Both the position numbers and the translations under genes were made by a program. Shown one piece after another: positions 46,927 through 56,610 of a stretch of 64,000 nt of DNA. Each line of letters starts with the position of its first letter. Position 1 is the first letter of the stretch. The stretch comes from an uncultured Acidobacteriota bacterium (GTDB lineage: Bacteria; Acidobacteriota; Thermoanaerobaculia; Multivoradales; JAHEKO01). The stretch covers positions 448,001 through 512,000 of the forward strand of contig CAVQNG010000025.1 of NCBI GenBank assembly GCA_963713825.1, in the 5' to 3' direction. Below the pieces are notes generated by a model. It worked only from the letters and a program-made list of their open reading frames with translations. It was not told the DNA's origin and did no database searches.

Positions 46927-47610
46927 TCACTCGCGCAGGCGGTAACCCACGCCGACCACTGTCTCGATTCGGTCGGCCTCTGAACCCAGCTTCCGCCGGA
47001 GACGTCGGATGTGGGTGTCTACCGTACGGCTATCGACGTCTTCGGAGTATCGCCAGACGTCGGTGAGGAGGCTTTCACGGGTCTGCACGCGATTGCGTCG
47101 CTCCAGGAGGATGGTGAGCAGCCGGAACTCGGTGGCGGTCAGTGGAATCTCCTCTCCGTCCAGGAACAATCGGTGACCTGCCACGTCGAGTCGAATCGCG
47201 CCTACCTCCAGCAGCTCTGCCGATTCTTCGACACCCTTGCCGCGCCGCAGGACCGCTTTGACCCTCAGCACGACCTCGCGAGGGCTGAAGGGCTTGGTGA
47301 TGTAATCGTCGGCGCCGAGCTCCAGGCCGACAATGCGGTCGACCTCTTCGCCCTTGGCGGTGAGCATGAGCAGCGGAATCTGATCGGTTCTGGCATCTCG
47401 CCTCAGAATACGGGTCAGCTCCAGGCCATCCAGACCGGGCAGCATCAGATCCAGGATCACGAGATCGGGTGGCTTCTTCCGGATGGCCTCCAGTGCCGTG
47501 TCGCCACGAGACTCGATGTCGACGATATAGCCCTCCTTGACGAGGTTGTATTCCAGAACTTCCGCAATGGCGGGCTCGTCCTCGACGATGAGAATTCGAT
47601 TCTCGGCCAT
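46927..47610 (-). CDS. phoB: Phosphate regulon response regulator PhoB/PhoP (OmpR family)
   Basis: VEDE, LDLMLPGLDG, KPFSP and RTVDTHIRRLRRKL motifs. Adjacent to phoR. Confidence 0.9.
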   Translation of the reverse strand: MAENRILIVEDEPAIAEVLEYNLVKEGYIVDIESRGDTALEAIRKKPPDLVILDLMLPGLDGLELTRILRRDARTDQIPLLMLTAKGEEVDRIVGLELGADDYITKPFSPREVVLRVKAVLRRGKGVEESAELLEVGAIRLDVAGHRLFLDGEEIPLTATEFRLLTILLERRNRVQTRESLLTDVWRYSEDVDSRTVDTHIRRLRRKLGSEADRIETVVGVGYRLRE

Positions 47611-47633
47611 GGGTCAGAAGATTAGCACGCGAT

Positions 47634-47884
47634 TTCTCCACAAGGTGCGTGGAAAAGTCTGTGGAAGACGCGGTGGAAAACCGGCTGAAGACTGAGATTG
47701 CGGCCGCCCCGTTGCTGATTGAACAGAGAATTGTGCAGTTCTTGTAAGTTCCTTTAAAGCAATGGTTTAGAAGGTTTCGCTCAAATCACGACCGGGGTGT
47801 CGATCAGCGCTGTGACCCTTTTCCACAGCAGCTCTTGTGGAAACCTGACTTGAAGCTCTTAAGTCGTTGCCTGTCAAATAGTTA
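47634..47884. other. DnaA-box cluster with IHF-like sites (oriC- or datA/DARS-like)
   Basis: TTCTCCACA 47634; rc TTTTCCACG 47648; rc TCTTCCACA 47660; rc TTTTCCACC 47672; TTTTCCACA 47819; rc GTTTCCACA 47836. IHF-like AAGCAATGGTTTA 47757 and TGTCAAATAGTTA 47872. Locally AT-rich. Confidence 0.55.
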
Positions 47885-47920
47885 CCGACGATCAGCAAGA
47901 GCCGTAGCGAGTCGCTTCTC

Positions 47921-47938
47921 TTGTCACCAAACCGTCAC
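47921..47938 (+). promoter_or_regulatory. Pho-box-like direct repeat between phoB and gcvT
   Basis: TTGTCAC-CAAA-CCGTCAC, 11-bp period. Confidence 0.6.
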
Positions 47939-48037
47939 ATCGGGGTGAGCGGACGGTGCCGACCTGTGAATCCTGCTGGTATAGTTCCGGTGGCTGTCAA
48001 CCGACCTCTCCAACTCCTTCTCAGCGAGCCTGAAACC

Positions 48038-49141
48038 ATGTCAGAGAACCCTCCCGTTCGTCGCACTCCGCTCTATGAAGCTCACTTGGCGGCCGGTAGC
48101 AAGTTGGTCGAGTTTGCCGGTTGGGAAATGCCCGTTCAATACTCTGGAGTCCTACAAGAACACCGCGCTGTACGCACGGCAGCGGGGATTTTCGATGTCT
48201 CGCACATGGGTGAGTTCCGGGTCGCTGGCGAGGGTGCAGAGGCTTTCCTGCAGAGAATGACTCCCAATGATGTCGCCAAATTGCAGCCGGGCCGCATCCA
48301 TTACAGTGGCCTGCTGACAGAGGAGGGCACCTACGTCGACGATCTGCTGATCTACCGCCTGGCGCCCGACGAGTTTCTTCTCGTGGTTAACGCTGCAAAT
48401 GCAGACAAGGACCTGGCCTGGCTTCAGAAGCACATCGACACCGGAGTCATTCTGAAAGATGTCTCGTCGGACTATGGTCTGATCGCTCTGCAAGGACCGA
48501 AGGCCGAATCGATACTCTCGGGGCTCACGGACACGGAGTTGTCGGGCATTCGGTACTACGCTTTCGAGCCGGGTGAGGTCGCCGGTCAATCAGCGATCAT
48601 TTCGCGCACCGGCTACACCGGCGAGGACGGGTTCGAGCTCTATCTGGCGCCCGAAGACACGCCGCCTGTCTGGGATCGCCTGCTGGAAGTGGGGCGGCCG
48701 GAAGGCCTGGTACCAACTGGCCTGGGAGCTCGCGACACCTTGCGGATGGAGGCGGCGATGGCGCTGTACGGCCACGAGATCGACGACACCATCACGCCCC
48801 TCGAAGCGGGTCTGCAGTGGGTTGTCAAGCTCGAAGCGGCCGACTTCATCGGTCGCCAGGTTCTGGTCGCGATGAAGGAGGCGGGTCTCGCTCGGAAGCT
48901 GGTCGGCTTCAATGTCGAGGGGCGTGGAATCGCTCGCCAGGGACACAAGGTCGTGGCCGATGGCGAGGAGGTCGGCTTCGTGACGAGCGGTACCTTCAGT
49001 CCGACTCTCGAGAAGGCTCTCGGGATGGCTTACGTACCAGTCTCGATGGCTACCGCAGGGACACCCTTGAGCTTGAATGTTCGAGGCAAGTTGATTCCCG
49101 CCGTGGTCGTCGATCTGCCCTTCTACAAGCGGGCGAAGTGA
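48038..49141 (+). CDS. gcvT: Glycine cleavage system aminomethyltransferase T
   Basis: [34 protein letters not shown] and GLGARDTLR motifs. Confidence 0.96.
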   Translation: MSENPPVRRTPLYEAHLAAGSKLVEFAGWEMPVQYSGVLQEHRAVRTAAGIFDVSHMGEFRVAGEGAEAFLQRMTPNDVAKLQPGRIHYSGLLTEEGTYVDDLLIYRLAPDEFLLVVNAANADKDLAWLQKHIDTGVILKDVSSDYGLIALQGPKAESILSGLTDTELSGIRYYAFEPGEVAGQSAIISRTGYTGEDGFELYLAPEDTPPVWDRLLEVGRPEGLVPTGLGARDTLRMEAAMALYGHEIDDTITPLEAGLQWVVKLEAADFIGRQVLVAMKEAGLARKLVGFNVEGRGIARQGHKVVADGEEVGFVTSGTFSPTLEKALGMAYVPVSMATAGTPLSLNVRGKLIPAVVVDLPFYKRAK

Positions 49142-49279
49142 GGGAGCTCCGGCGCCGATCCATGCTGCGGAAGACCTGCGAATTGGCGAACCAGAAGAGA
49201 TAAGCTATCGATCGAGAACGACACTTTGCCCGACGGCCACGGGTAGGCGCCGAGGGCGGATGAGATAGGGAGGAAGCAG

Positions 49280-49663
49280 ATGTATCCGGAAAGTCTTCGT
49301 TACTCGAAGGACCATGAGTGGGTGAGCGTCGAGGGCGATATCTGCATCGTCGGCATCACCCACTACGCGCAGGACGAGTTGGGCGAGGTGGTTTTCGTGG
49401 AAGTGCCGGAGCCGGGCCAGGAGTTCGATGCCCACGACGAGATCGGCACCATCGAGTCGGTGAAGGCCGTGGCCGAGGTCTTCACGCCGGTCACTGGAGA
49501 GATCGTGGAGGCCAACGAAGCTCTGGCAGAAACGCCGGAGCTCATCAACAAGGACCCACATGGAGAGGGTTGGTTGGTGAAGATTCGTTTCAGCTCACAG
49601 GGCGACCTGGAAGAGTTGATGGACTCGGCGGCCTACGAGAAGTTCCTGGAAGACGGTGAGTAG
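49280..49663 (+). CDS. gcvH: Glycine cleavage system H protein
   Basis: YSKDHEW, GITHYAQDELG, ESVKAV (lipoyl Lys) and INKDPHGEGW motifs. Confidence 0.96.
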   Translation: MYPESLRYSKDHEWVSVEGDICIVGITHYAQDELGEVVFVEVPEPGQEFDAHDEIGTIESVKAVAEVFTPVTGEIVEANEALAETPELINKDPHGEGWLVKIRFSSQGDLEELMDSAAYEKFLEDGE

Positions 49664-49669
49664 AGCGGT

Positions 49670-50050
49670 TTGGAGCTTGTCCTCCTCGCATTCTTCTTCC
49701 TCTGCTGGCTAGCGGCACTGGCCTCGTTTGTCGGACTGCTGCCGATTGCCGGCCTGCTCGACCTGGGGCTGTACCAGTACTACGGGTTGGCCGCCTTTCT
49801 TGGCTGGCTAGCTGGCAATGTCTACCTCAAACGCGCGCAGCGAGTTCCGAAGCCTCTCAGGCTGCGTTTGATGCTGGTGTACCTATTGGGAACTCCGGGC
49901 CTGCTCTATCTGACTAGAGCCCTGGCCTCGCTACCTTCCCAATCGTTTGCACCCCTGGCGCCTCTCTACGCCAGCGGAGTCTTCGCCATCTTCTTTCTGG
50001 TACCCGTGACTCTCAAGGGCAGCTTCGGGCAGCGTGATTCGAGGTCCTAG
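49670..50050 (+). CDS. Hypothetical 4-TM membrane protein
   Basis: Four hydrophobic segments. Starts 6 bp after gcvH. Confidence 0.65.
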   Translation: MELVLLAFFFLCWLAALASFVGLLPIAGLLDLGLYQYYGLAAFLGWLAGNVYLKRAQRVPKPLRLRLMLVYLLGTPGLLYLTRALASLPSQSFAPLAPLYASGVFAIFFLVPVTLKGSFGQRDSRS

Positions 50051-50062
50051 GGCTGGGTTGCC

Positions 50063-51091
50063 CTATCCTGGCGGCTCGACCAGCATCGCATCCCCATACG
50101 AGAAGAACCGGTAGCGACGCTCGATCGCCTCCTGGTAAGCCTCGAGAACGCTCTCTTTGCCGGCGAAGGCAGCGACCAGCATCAGCAGGGTGGAGCGCGG
50201 CAAGTGAAAGTTGGTCAGGAGAAGGTCGACAGCCTGGAATGGAAAGCCTGGCGTGATGAACAGATCGGTGCTGCCCTCACTTTCCACGATCGAGCCCTCG
50301 AATTGTCGCGCCACCGTCTCCAGAGTGCGAACCGAGGTGGTGCCGACGGCGATGATGCGCCCGCCCTGCCGCTTGGCTTCGCTGATGGCGGCCGCCGTTT
50401 CGGCTGGGACTCGGTAGGTCTCGGATTCCATCTTGTGCTCGTGCACGAGATCGGCAGTGACTGGCTTGAAAGTCCCGATCCCGACGTGCAGCGTCAGCTC
50501 GGCAAGCCCAATGCCAGCCTCGCGGAGGCTGGTCAGGAGCTCCTCGTTGAAATGAAGGCCGGCAGTCGGAGCAGCGATGGCGCCGAGAAACCTGGCGAAG
50601 ACAGTCTGGTACCTGGTCCGATCCTCGGGCTGGTCGTCGCGCTTGATGTAGGGGGGCAGCGGGACATGCCCGAGACGCTCCAGGTGAGGTTCAATCGGCT
50701 CGGAGAACTGGACCCGATAGCGTCCGTCGTCCGACTTTTCTCGAATCTCGACACCCAGGCCATCGGCAAGAAGCAGACGCGTGCCTCGGCGGACTCGACG
50801 GCCAGGTTTCAGCAGCGCGGTCCAGTGAGTCTCGGTCAGCCGTTCGACGAGCAGCAGCTCGACCTGACCTCCGGTAGCCTCGCGCCAGGCATGGAGACGG
50901 GCTGGCATTACCTTGGTGTTGTTGACCACGAGCAGATCGCCGGCGGTCAGCAGTCGAGGTAGGTCCGTGACCTGAAGGTGTTGGCGGGTGCCGTCGCGAG
51001 CGAGGTACAGGAGACGACTCTCACCACGCGGGGCGGCTTGCTGAGCAATGAGCTCGGTTGGTAGACGATAGTCGAATTCCGAGGTCAGCAT
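50063..51091 (-). CDS. queA: S-adenosylmethionine:tRNA ribosyltransferase-isomerase
   Basis: FDYRLP, PLPPYIKR, YQTVFA, AAPTAGLHF, TLHVGIGTF, TNFHLPRS and YRFFSYGDAM motifs. Confidence 0.96.
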   Translation of the reverse strand: MLTSEFDYRLPTELIAQQAAPRGESRLLYLARDGTRQHLQVTDLPRLLTAGDLLVVNNTKVMPARLHAWREATGGQVELLLVERLTETHWTALLKPGRRVRRGTRLLLADGLGVEIREKSDDGRYRVQFSEPIEPHLERLGHVPLPPYIKRDDQPEDRTRYQTVFARFLGAIAAPTAGLHFNEELLTSLREAGIGLAELTLHVGIGTFKPVTADLVHEHKMESETYRVPAETAAAISEAKRQGGRIIAVGTTSVRTLETVARQFEGSIVESEGSTDLFITPGFPFQAVDLLLTNFHLPRSTLLMLVAAFAGKESVLEAYQEAIERRYRFFSYGDAMLVEPPG

Positions 51092-52101
51092 GGCAACCCC
51101 TCTTCGGTATGGGGATCGAGGCTGTCCCGGAGTCCATCTCCGAGTAGGTTGAAGGCCACCACGGCCAGGCAGATGGCGATCCCCGGAAAAGCGGCGACCC
51201 ACCAGGCGGTGGTCAGTGCCGAGGCCCCATCGGCCACCATGTTGCCCCAACTGGGAATCGGCGGTTGCACTCCGAAGCCCAGGAAGGAAAGGGCCGCTTC
51301 GATGAGGATCAGGTCGCCGATTCGCAGCGTCGTGTCGATGAGCACGGGTGGCAGAGCGTTGGGCAACAGGTGCCGCCAGAAGATGCGGATTGGATGCAGA
51401 CCGACCCCCCTGGCTGCAACCACGAAGTCGCGCTCGCGAAGGCTCAGGATCTCGGCCCGGACCAGTCGACTGGCGGCCATCCAGCTGGTGCTTCCCAGCA
51501 CGAGAATCACCGCCAGCAGGTCGATCTCGAACATCGCCGTGATGGCCAGTACCAGAAAGAGGCGAGGGAACATCAAGAGTCCATCGACGAAGCGCATGAG
51601 GAGCCCGTCGATCCATCCACCGGCAAGTGCTGCCGCGCCTCCCACGGCGATGCCCAGAGTCAGGGAGAGCCCCGCGGCGAGCAGGCCGATCAGGAGCGAG
51701 ACGCGGGCTCCGTAGAGAATTCTCGACCAGATGTCGCGGCCGTACTTATCAGTACCGAGTAAGAAGATCCGGCGGCGCGAGACGTTGTCCTCCGACACAC
51801 TGGCGAATCGATCCAGTGGCAGCGTCTCGCTCTGTCCGAGTCGCCGCACGACCACTCCGGTTTCTGTGACCTCGGCGCTTTCCGCCAGGAGCCACCCACC
51901 GTCCTGAAGAGGAAGGGCCACACGGCTGCTGAACGGAGGCAGGAATCTGCCTGCGACCGGATCCATCTGCTCGTAGGGGGCCTGCGGTGCGAAGATCGGA
52001 GCACCGATGGCGAGAGCACTCAATGCTGCGGCGATCAACAGGCCTAGCCGACTCAAAGGCGATCGAGGTAGGCGGATCCTGTGGGTGCGGTCGGCGATCA
52101 T
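51085..52101 (-). CDS. Peptide/nickel ABC permease (DppC/OppC-like)
   Basis: LGTDKYGRD, HLLPN and EAALSFLGFG...SWG motifs. Confidence 0.9.
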   Translation of the reverse strand: MIADRTHRIRLPRSPLSRLGLLIAAALSALAIGAPIFAPQAPYEQMDPVAGRFLPPFSSRVALPLQDGGWLLAESAEVTETGVVVRRLGQSETLPLDRFASVSEDNVSRRRIFLLGTDKYGRDIWSRILYGARVSLLIGLLAAGLSLTLGIAVGGAAALAGGWIDGLLMRFVDGLLMFPRLFLVLAITAMFEIDLLAVILVLGSTSWMAASRLVRAEILSLRERDFVVAARGVGLHPIRIFWRHLLPNALPPVLIDTTLRIGDLILIEAALSFLGFGVQPPIPSWGNMVADGASALTTAWWVAAFPGIAICLAVVAFNLLGDGLRDSLDPHTEEGLPC

Positions 52102-53075
52102 TGCCGCGCCCTCGGATCAGCGACGCCATGGAGTAGATCCGCCACCAGATTCCCGAGCACGACCAAGATGCCGGTCAATGCGGTCGTTGCGAGAACGACC
52201 GGATAGTCACGGCTCAGGATCGAGTCGAAGGTGAGTCGTCCCAGGCCGGGCCAGGAGAACACGACCTCGACCACCAGGGCGCCGCTCAGAAGCAGAGGCA
52301 AGGTAAGGCCGAACAGCTGCAGGATGGGCGCTGCCGCGTTTCGCAGGGCGTGAACCCAGACAATCCGCCTCTCGGTCAATCCCTTGGCACGAGCGGTGCG
52401 GATATAGTCCTGGCCCAATTCCTCCAACAGGCTGTTGCGGGTGAATCGGGCCGTTCCACCGGCCGCTGCCAGTCCGAGGACCAGGGCTGGAAGCGCGAGA
52501 TGGTGGAGGATGTCGACCTTTCGGGCCAACGGTGAGAGGGAGGCTGCGTCGATTGACTGCAGGTGGCCCGGCGGGAAGAGAGGCCAGTCGTAGCTCAAAA
52601 GCAGCAGTGCCATGAGCCCGGTCCAGAAGATCGGCAAGGAGTAGGCGACCATGGATGCAAGACGGATCAGGTGGTCTGTGGGGGATCCGGCATGCCGTGC
52701 GGCGGTGACCCCGGCGCCGAGTCCGACTCCAAACTGAATGAGGAGACCGGCAGTCGTCAGTAGTAGGGTCGGCCACGCATACTCTGCGATGACCTCGGTT
52801 ACGGGTCGGGAGTGTACGAAGGAGATACCCCAGTCACCCTCGAGAACAACGGCCTTGAGCCAACTCAGGTATTGGGCCGCCAAAGGGCGATCGAGCCCAT
52901 AGGCGCTGCGCATGGCGTCTCGTTGCTCGCCGGTGAGGCGCGGGTCCTGGAGGACCAGAGTGGGGTCTCCGGGAGCCAGATGAATAAAGAAGAAGGTGAA
53001 GCTCAGGACGATGAGAACCAGCAGTACCGCCGCGGCGGAGCGGCGAATCAGGAAGCCCAGCATCGTGGAGCTCAT
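52098..53075 (-). CDS. Peptide/nickel ABC permease (DppB/OppB-like)
   Basis: APGDP, GLDRP, YIRTARAKGL, HALRNA and RDYP motifs. Confidence 0.9.
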   Translation of the reverse strand: MSSTMLGFLIRRSAAAVLLVLIVLSFTFFFIHLAPGDPTLVLQDPRLTGEQRDAMRSAYGLDRPLAAQYLSWLKAVVLEGDWGISFVHSRPVTEVIAEYAWPTLLLTTAGLLIQFGVGLGAGVTAARHAGSPTDHLIRLASMVAYSLPIFWTGLMALLLLSYDWPLFPPGHLQSIDAASLSPLARKVDILHHLALPALVLGLAAAGGTARFTRNSLLEELGQDYIRTARAKGLTERRIVWVHALRNAAAPILQLFGLTLPLLLSGALVVEVVFSWPGLGRLTFDSILSRDYPVVLATTALTGILVVLGNLVADLLHGVADPRARQ

Positions 53076-53093
53076 CGCGGCCTCGGCTCGAGA

Positions 53094-54746
53094 TCAGTTC
53101 GCCTCGCCAAGCCACCATTCCCGGAGTCGGAAGTAGGGGCTGACGGGGCTCGGAGCGGCGTCTTGCAGGCGCTCGGAAGCTGCGGAGAGTCGCTGCGGCT
53201 CCCAGAGGAAAGTATAGGGCTGAGAACGATGCAGGATAGCTTCGGCCTGTCGCAGCAACTTCAAGCGCTCGACAGGTTCGGTCTCCAAATTGGCGGCATC
53301 GATGAGCCGGTCCAGGTCGGGGTCGGAATACTGGCCGAAGTTGTAGCCATCTTCGATCGATCGACTGTGAAAGGCATAGGCTAAGTCCATGGAGGTGTCG
53401 ATATCCCAGCCGCCGAGCATGGCGTCGAAGTCGTGCTCCAGGGCGCGGCTGACGACGGTATTGAACTCGAGTTGTCGGACACGAGCCTCGATACCCGCTC
53501 GGCGTAGATGCTCTTGAACCATGACCGCGGCATCGATCCTCACCTGACTACCGGTGTTGGTGATCAGCTCGAAGGAGAACGGCTCACCCCCTTTGTCCAG
53601 GATTCCGTCCCCATCCGAGTCACTCCAACCCTTGGATTGCAAGATCTGACGAGAAGCCTCGAGATCGAATGGCACCGGCTGGAGGTCGGGGTCATGGGCC
53701 CAGGTGCTGGTCAGAATGGGCGAGACGGCGATTCTGGCGAAGCCGTACCAGAGCGTGTCGATGATCTCCTGCCGGTCGATGGCCAGGGTCAGGGCGCGAC
53801 GCACCTCTGGATCGGCGAATAGCGGGCGCTGGGTGTTCCAACAGATGTAGTTGAACTGGCGGGCCCAGAAGCGGAGGATCTGGATCCCCTGCTCCTCGAG
53901 GGGCAGTACCTCGGAGGGAGGAACCTGCTCGACGAAGTCGACCTCGCCCGCCCGCAGCTCGCCAATTTGATTCTGTTTTTGGGGTACCACCCGAAGGATC
54001 ACTCGATCGAGCCGGGGTAGGTCGGGCTCGTGGTAGGACTCGTTACGAAGCAGGACGATCTGCTCCTGTCGGGTCCAGCTCTCCAGGGTGAAGGGGCCAT
54101 TGACGACGAGATGATTCTCGAACCACCGCTCATTGGCTCGCCATGCAGCGAATGGCAGCTCACTCCATACATGTTTCGGCAGGATCACCCCTTCATTGAG
54201 CTCGGCCAGCTGACTGGGGGAGCGTTGCCGAAAGTGGACTCTTACCTTGAGCCGGTCGATGACTTCGATCTCTCGGATGTTGTCCTTCGACTGAGCGTAG
54301 CCCCAGGCGAGCTCGGGGTCGGTCTGAGCCTGCCAGGTCCATCGCACGTCCTCGGCGGTCACCGGCACGCCATCAGACCAGGAAACGCCCGAGCGCAATA
54401 CGAGATCGAGTGAGGCGTGATCTGGGGACCATTCGAAGCTCTCGACAAGACGTGGCTCGAACGTTGGAGGGTGTTCGGTGAAGTCGGATTGCTCTTCGAA
54501 CAGGTGCAGAAACAGGCGATCGAGGACCGCCGTCGTCTGGGTGTCGGCACCCGAGACGAGTGGGTTGATGCCGTGGATATCATTGCTGATTGCCAACACC
54601 AGAGTGCCGCCTCGGCGTGGGGTGTCTTCGGTGGTCGGGGTCCTCTCGCCCACTTCCCGCTGCTGGCAGCCCGACCATAGAAGGACAGCGGTGACGAGAG
54701 TCGCCAGCAGGACTGAGGTGGCGCGCCGATCGGGTTCAGGGCTCAT
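53094..54746 (-). CDS. Peptide ABC transporter substrate-binding lipoprotein (family 5)
   Basis: Lipobox WSGC. WSDGVPVTAEDV, NGPF and DPEVRRAL motifs. Confidence 0.9.
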   Translation of the reverse strand: MSPEPDRRATSVLLATLVTAVLLWSGCQQREVGERTPTTEDTPRRGGTLVLAISNDIHGINPLVSGADTQTTAVLDRLFLHLFEEQSDFTEHPPTFEPRLVESFEWSPDHASLDLVLRSGVSWSDGVPVTAEDVRWTWQAQTDPELAWGYAQSKDNIREIEVIDRLKVRVHFRQRSPSQLAELNEGVILPKHVWSELPFAAWRANERWFENHLVVNGPFTLESWTRQEQIVLLRNESYHEPDLPRLDRVILRVVPQKQNQIGELRAGEVDFVEQVPPSEVLPLEEQGIQILRFWARQFNYICWNTQRPLFADPEVRRALTLAIDRQEIIDTLWYGFARIAVSPILTSTWAHDPDLQPVPFDLEASRQILQSKGWSDSDGDGILDKGGEPFSFELITNTGSQVRIDAAVMVQEHLRRAGIEARVRQLEFNTVVSRALEHDFDAMLGGWDIDTSMDLAYAFHSRSIEDGYNFGQYSDPDLDRLIDAANLETEPVERLKLLRQAEAILHRSQPYTFLWEPQRLSAASERLQDAAPSPVSPYFRLREWWLGEAN

Positions 54747-54859
54747 GCAGTGAATCCGGGAGATTGTCGCGTGATGTCGATGGGTGCATGCTAACCAACC
54801 GCTCTTTCAAGGGTCAATGAAGTCCGTGATAGGGCGAACCGAAGGCTTGCTATCCTTGG

Positions 54860-56323
54860 GTGATGTCTTCGCAAGCACCGTCGGCCTCCTCCCGAAGGCT
54901 GTTTGTCGTGGCCCTCTTGCTGGGTCTTTTCATTTTCTTGGACATCGGGCTCTTCGGCTGGCTTCTCTTCCGCTCGCTCTCGAAGCGTGAGATTGAACGG
55001 GTGCTGTTGGAGACGCGCGAGGAGGCAGAGGGCCTGGCCGAAAAGCTGGCGGGTACCGCGGCAGAGGCTGGCGGCGATCTGTACACGGTGACGGCCATGG
55101 AGAGGGAGGTCCAGACCTACATCGATTCCATCCTGAAACAGCGCAAGTTCGTGCGCACCGTCGAAGTCGTCGACGGTGAGGGTCGATTGGTCTTCCGCGG
55201 TGCCGGAGAGACGGTCCTGGAAGTGGCGCCGTCTGACGGGCTGGTGGTGCAGGAAAGGGAGGTACCTTCCGTTGTCGAGGAGAGGCCGATCGAGAGGGAG
55301 GCCACGTTTCCTCTCGAAGTTCCCATCGACGAGCTCTACGATTTGAACCTTCCCATCGGCGAGCTCGGCTTCCTGCGTGTCGGGATCAGCCAGGGAGAGC
55401 TGCAGCGCAGCATTGAGACCTTGCGCTCGGAGTTGGTGCAGAAGACTGCGGTCGTCGCCGCGCTGAGTCTCGTCGTTCTGCTACTGGCCTTTGCCATCAT
55501 CTGGCGGTTGTGGAAACGGGGGCAAATGCTCCAAGAGCAAGCGCGCGAAGCGGAGCGCATGGCCTACATCGGCACGTTGGCGTCCGGTCTGGCGCATGAG
55601 ATTCGCAATCCCTTGAACTCCCTGAACCTGAATATGCAGCTCCTGGAAGAGGAGCTGTCGGGCCGGGTCGATACCCCGCCCGAGGTGCAGTCCAGTGGCA
55701 GACTCATGTCGATCACCCGGGACGAGATCCATCGGCTGGAGCGGCTGGTGACGGATTTTCTCCAGTATGCACGTCCGCGGCCCTTGGAGCTGGAGGAGAT
55801 TCCCGCAATCGAGCTCCTGGAGCGGTGCCGGGAGATACTGAAGGGTGAGATCCAGGCCAGAGGTGCGCGTTTGAGGGTCGAGGATGGGAGCGGGGGTGCG
55901 AAAGTCCGCGTCGATCCCGGGCAGATGAACCAGCTACTGCTGAATCTGGTGCAAAACGCTCTCGCCGCGAGTGAAGACCAGGAGGGCGGCGGTGTCGAGG
56001 AAGTTCGATTGGCAGTGAGCCGAGACCAGGGCCGAGTGGTCTTCGAGGTGGAGGATCATGGCAGCGGCATGCCTCAGGAAGTCCAGTCGCAGATGTTCGA
56101 TCTCTTCTATTCGACCCGCAAAGGAGGCACCGGCCTGGGTTTGCCGGTCGTGAGGAGGATCGCCGAGACTCACCACGCGGACCTGACAGTCGTCAGTCGG
56201 CCTGGTGAGGGAACTTTGATTCGTCTGGCGCTACCCGAGGAGCTTCCATCAGGCACGCCCGAAGAGGCGTCGGTCCCTCAGGCTTCGATGAGTGCGTCGA
56301 AATCTTCCTGGGTCAAGAATTGA
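54860..56323 (+). CDS. Membrane sensor histidine kinase (NtrB/PilS-like)
   Basis: Two TMs. LAHEIRNPL, NLVQNA, DHGSG and FYSTRKGGTGLGL motifs. Confidence 0.9.
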   Translation: MMSSQAPSASSRRLFVVALLLGLFIFLDIGLFGWLLFRSLSKREIERVLLETREEAEGLAEKLAGTAAEAGGDLYTVTAMEREVQTYIDSILKQRKFVRTVEVVDGEGRLVFRGAGETVLEVAPSDGLVVQEREVPSVVEERPIEREATFPLEVPIDELYDLNLPIGELGFLRVGISQGELQRSIETLRSELVQKTAVVAALSLVVLLLAFAIIWRLWKRGQMLQEQAREAERMAYIGTLASGLAHEIRNPLNSLNLNMQLLEEELSGRVDTPPEVQSSGRLMSITRDEIHRLERLVTDFLQYARPRPLELEEIPAIELLERCREILKGEIQARGARLRVEDGSGGAKVRVDPGQMNQLLLNLVQNALAASEDQEGGGVEEVRLAVSRDQGRVVFEVEDHGSGMPQEVQSQMFDLFYSTRKGGTGLGLPVVRRIAETHHADLTVVSRPGEGTLIRLALPEELPSGTPEEASVPQASMSASKSSWVKN

Positions 56324-56442
56324 TCGGTCTCTTCGCTGGTGCAGAGCTCGCAGTAGGCTTCGGTCACTTCGTCGTTCTCCCACTCGAAGACGTAGCACGC
56401 TGCCTCGCAGTTGAGACAAATCAGGTAGTCTGGTCTGGCCAC
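56278..56442 (-). CDS. Small acidic zinc-ribbon-like protein (54 aa, not in ORF track)
   Basis: AAGGAG RBS and GTG start. MARPDYLICLNCEAACYVFEWENDEVTEAYCELCTSEETDQFLTQEDFDALIEA*, with two CxxC pairs. Confidence 0.7.
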   Translation of the reverse strand: MARPDYLICLNCEAACYVFEWENDEVTEAYCELCTSEETDQFLTQEDFDALIEA

Positions 56443-56610
56443 GGGTCTCTCCTTTGGATGAAGAACAGCATAGCAAAGACCTCCGGGCCTGGCTGTGAGG
56501 TTCGAAATGGGGACTCCAGGTCGTGCTGCTATCGGTGTTGACCCTGTTTAACCCTTCATGCTACCCTCGCGCGTCTGCGCCCTGAGTGGCGACACGGGAG
56601 GGTCATATCC

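Noticed and set aside
48038-49663. gcvT-gcvH without gcvP, and a possible glycine riboswitch upstream
   Set aside because: Split gcv operons are common and gcvP is probably elsewhere. I could not identify riboswitch consensus elements.
50063-51616. 517-aa ORF suggesting an N-terminally extended QueA (similar extensions for nadD, rsfS, eamA, phoU and the LssY-like gene)
   Set aside because: The extensions overlap neighbouring real genes. True starts are downstream, where family homology begins.
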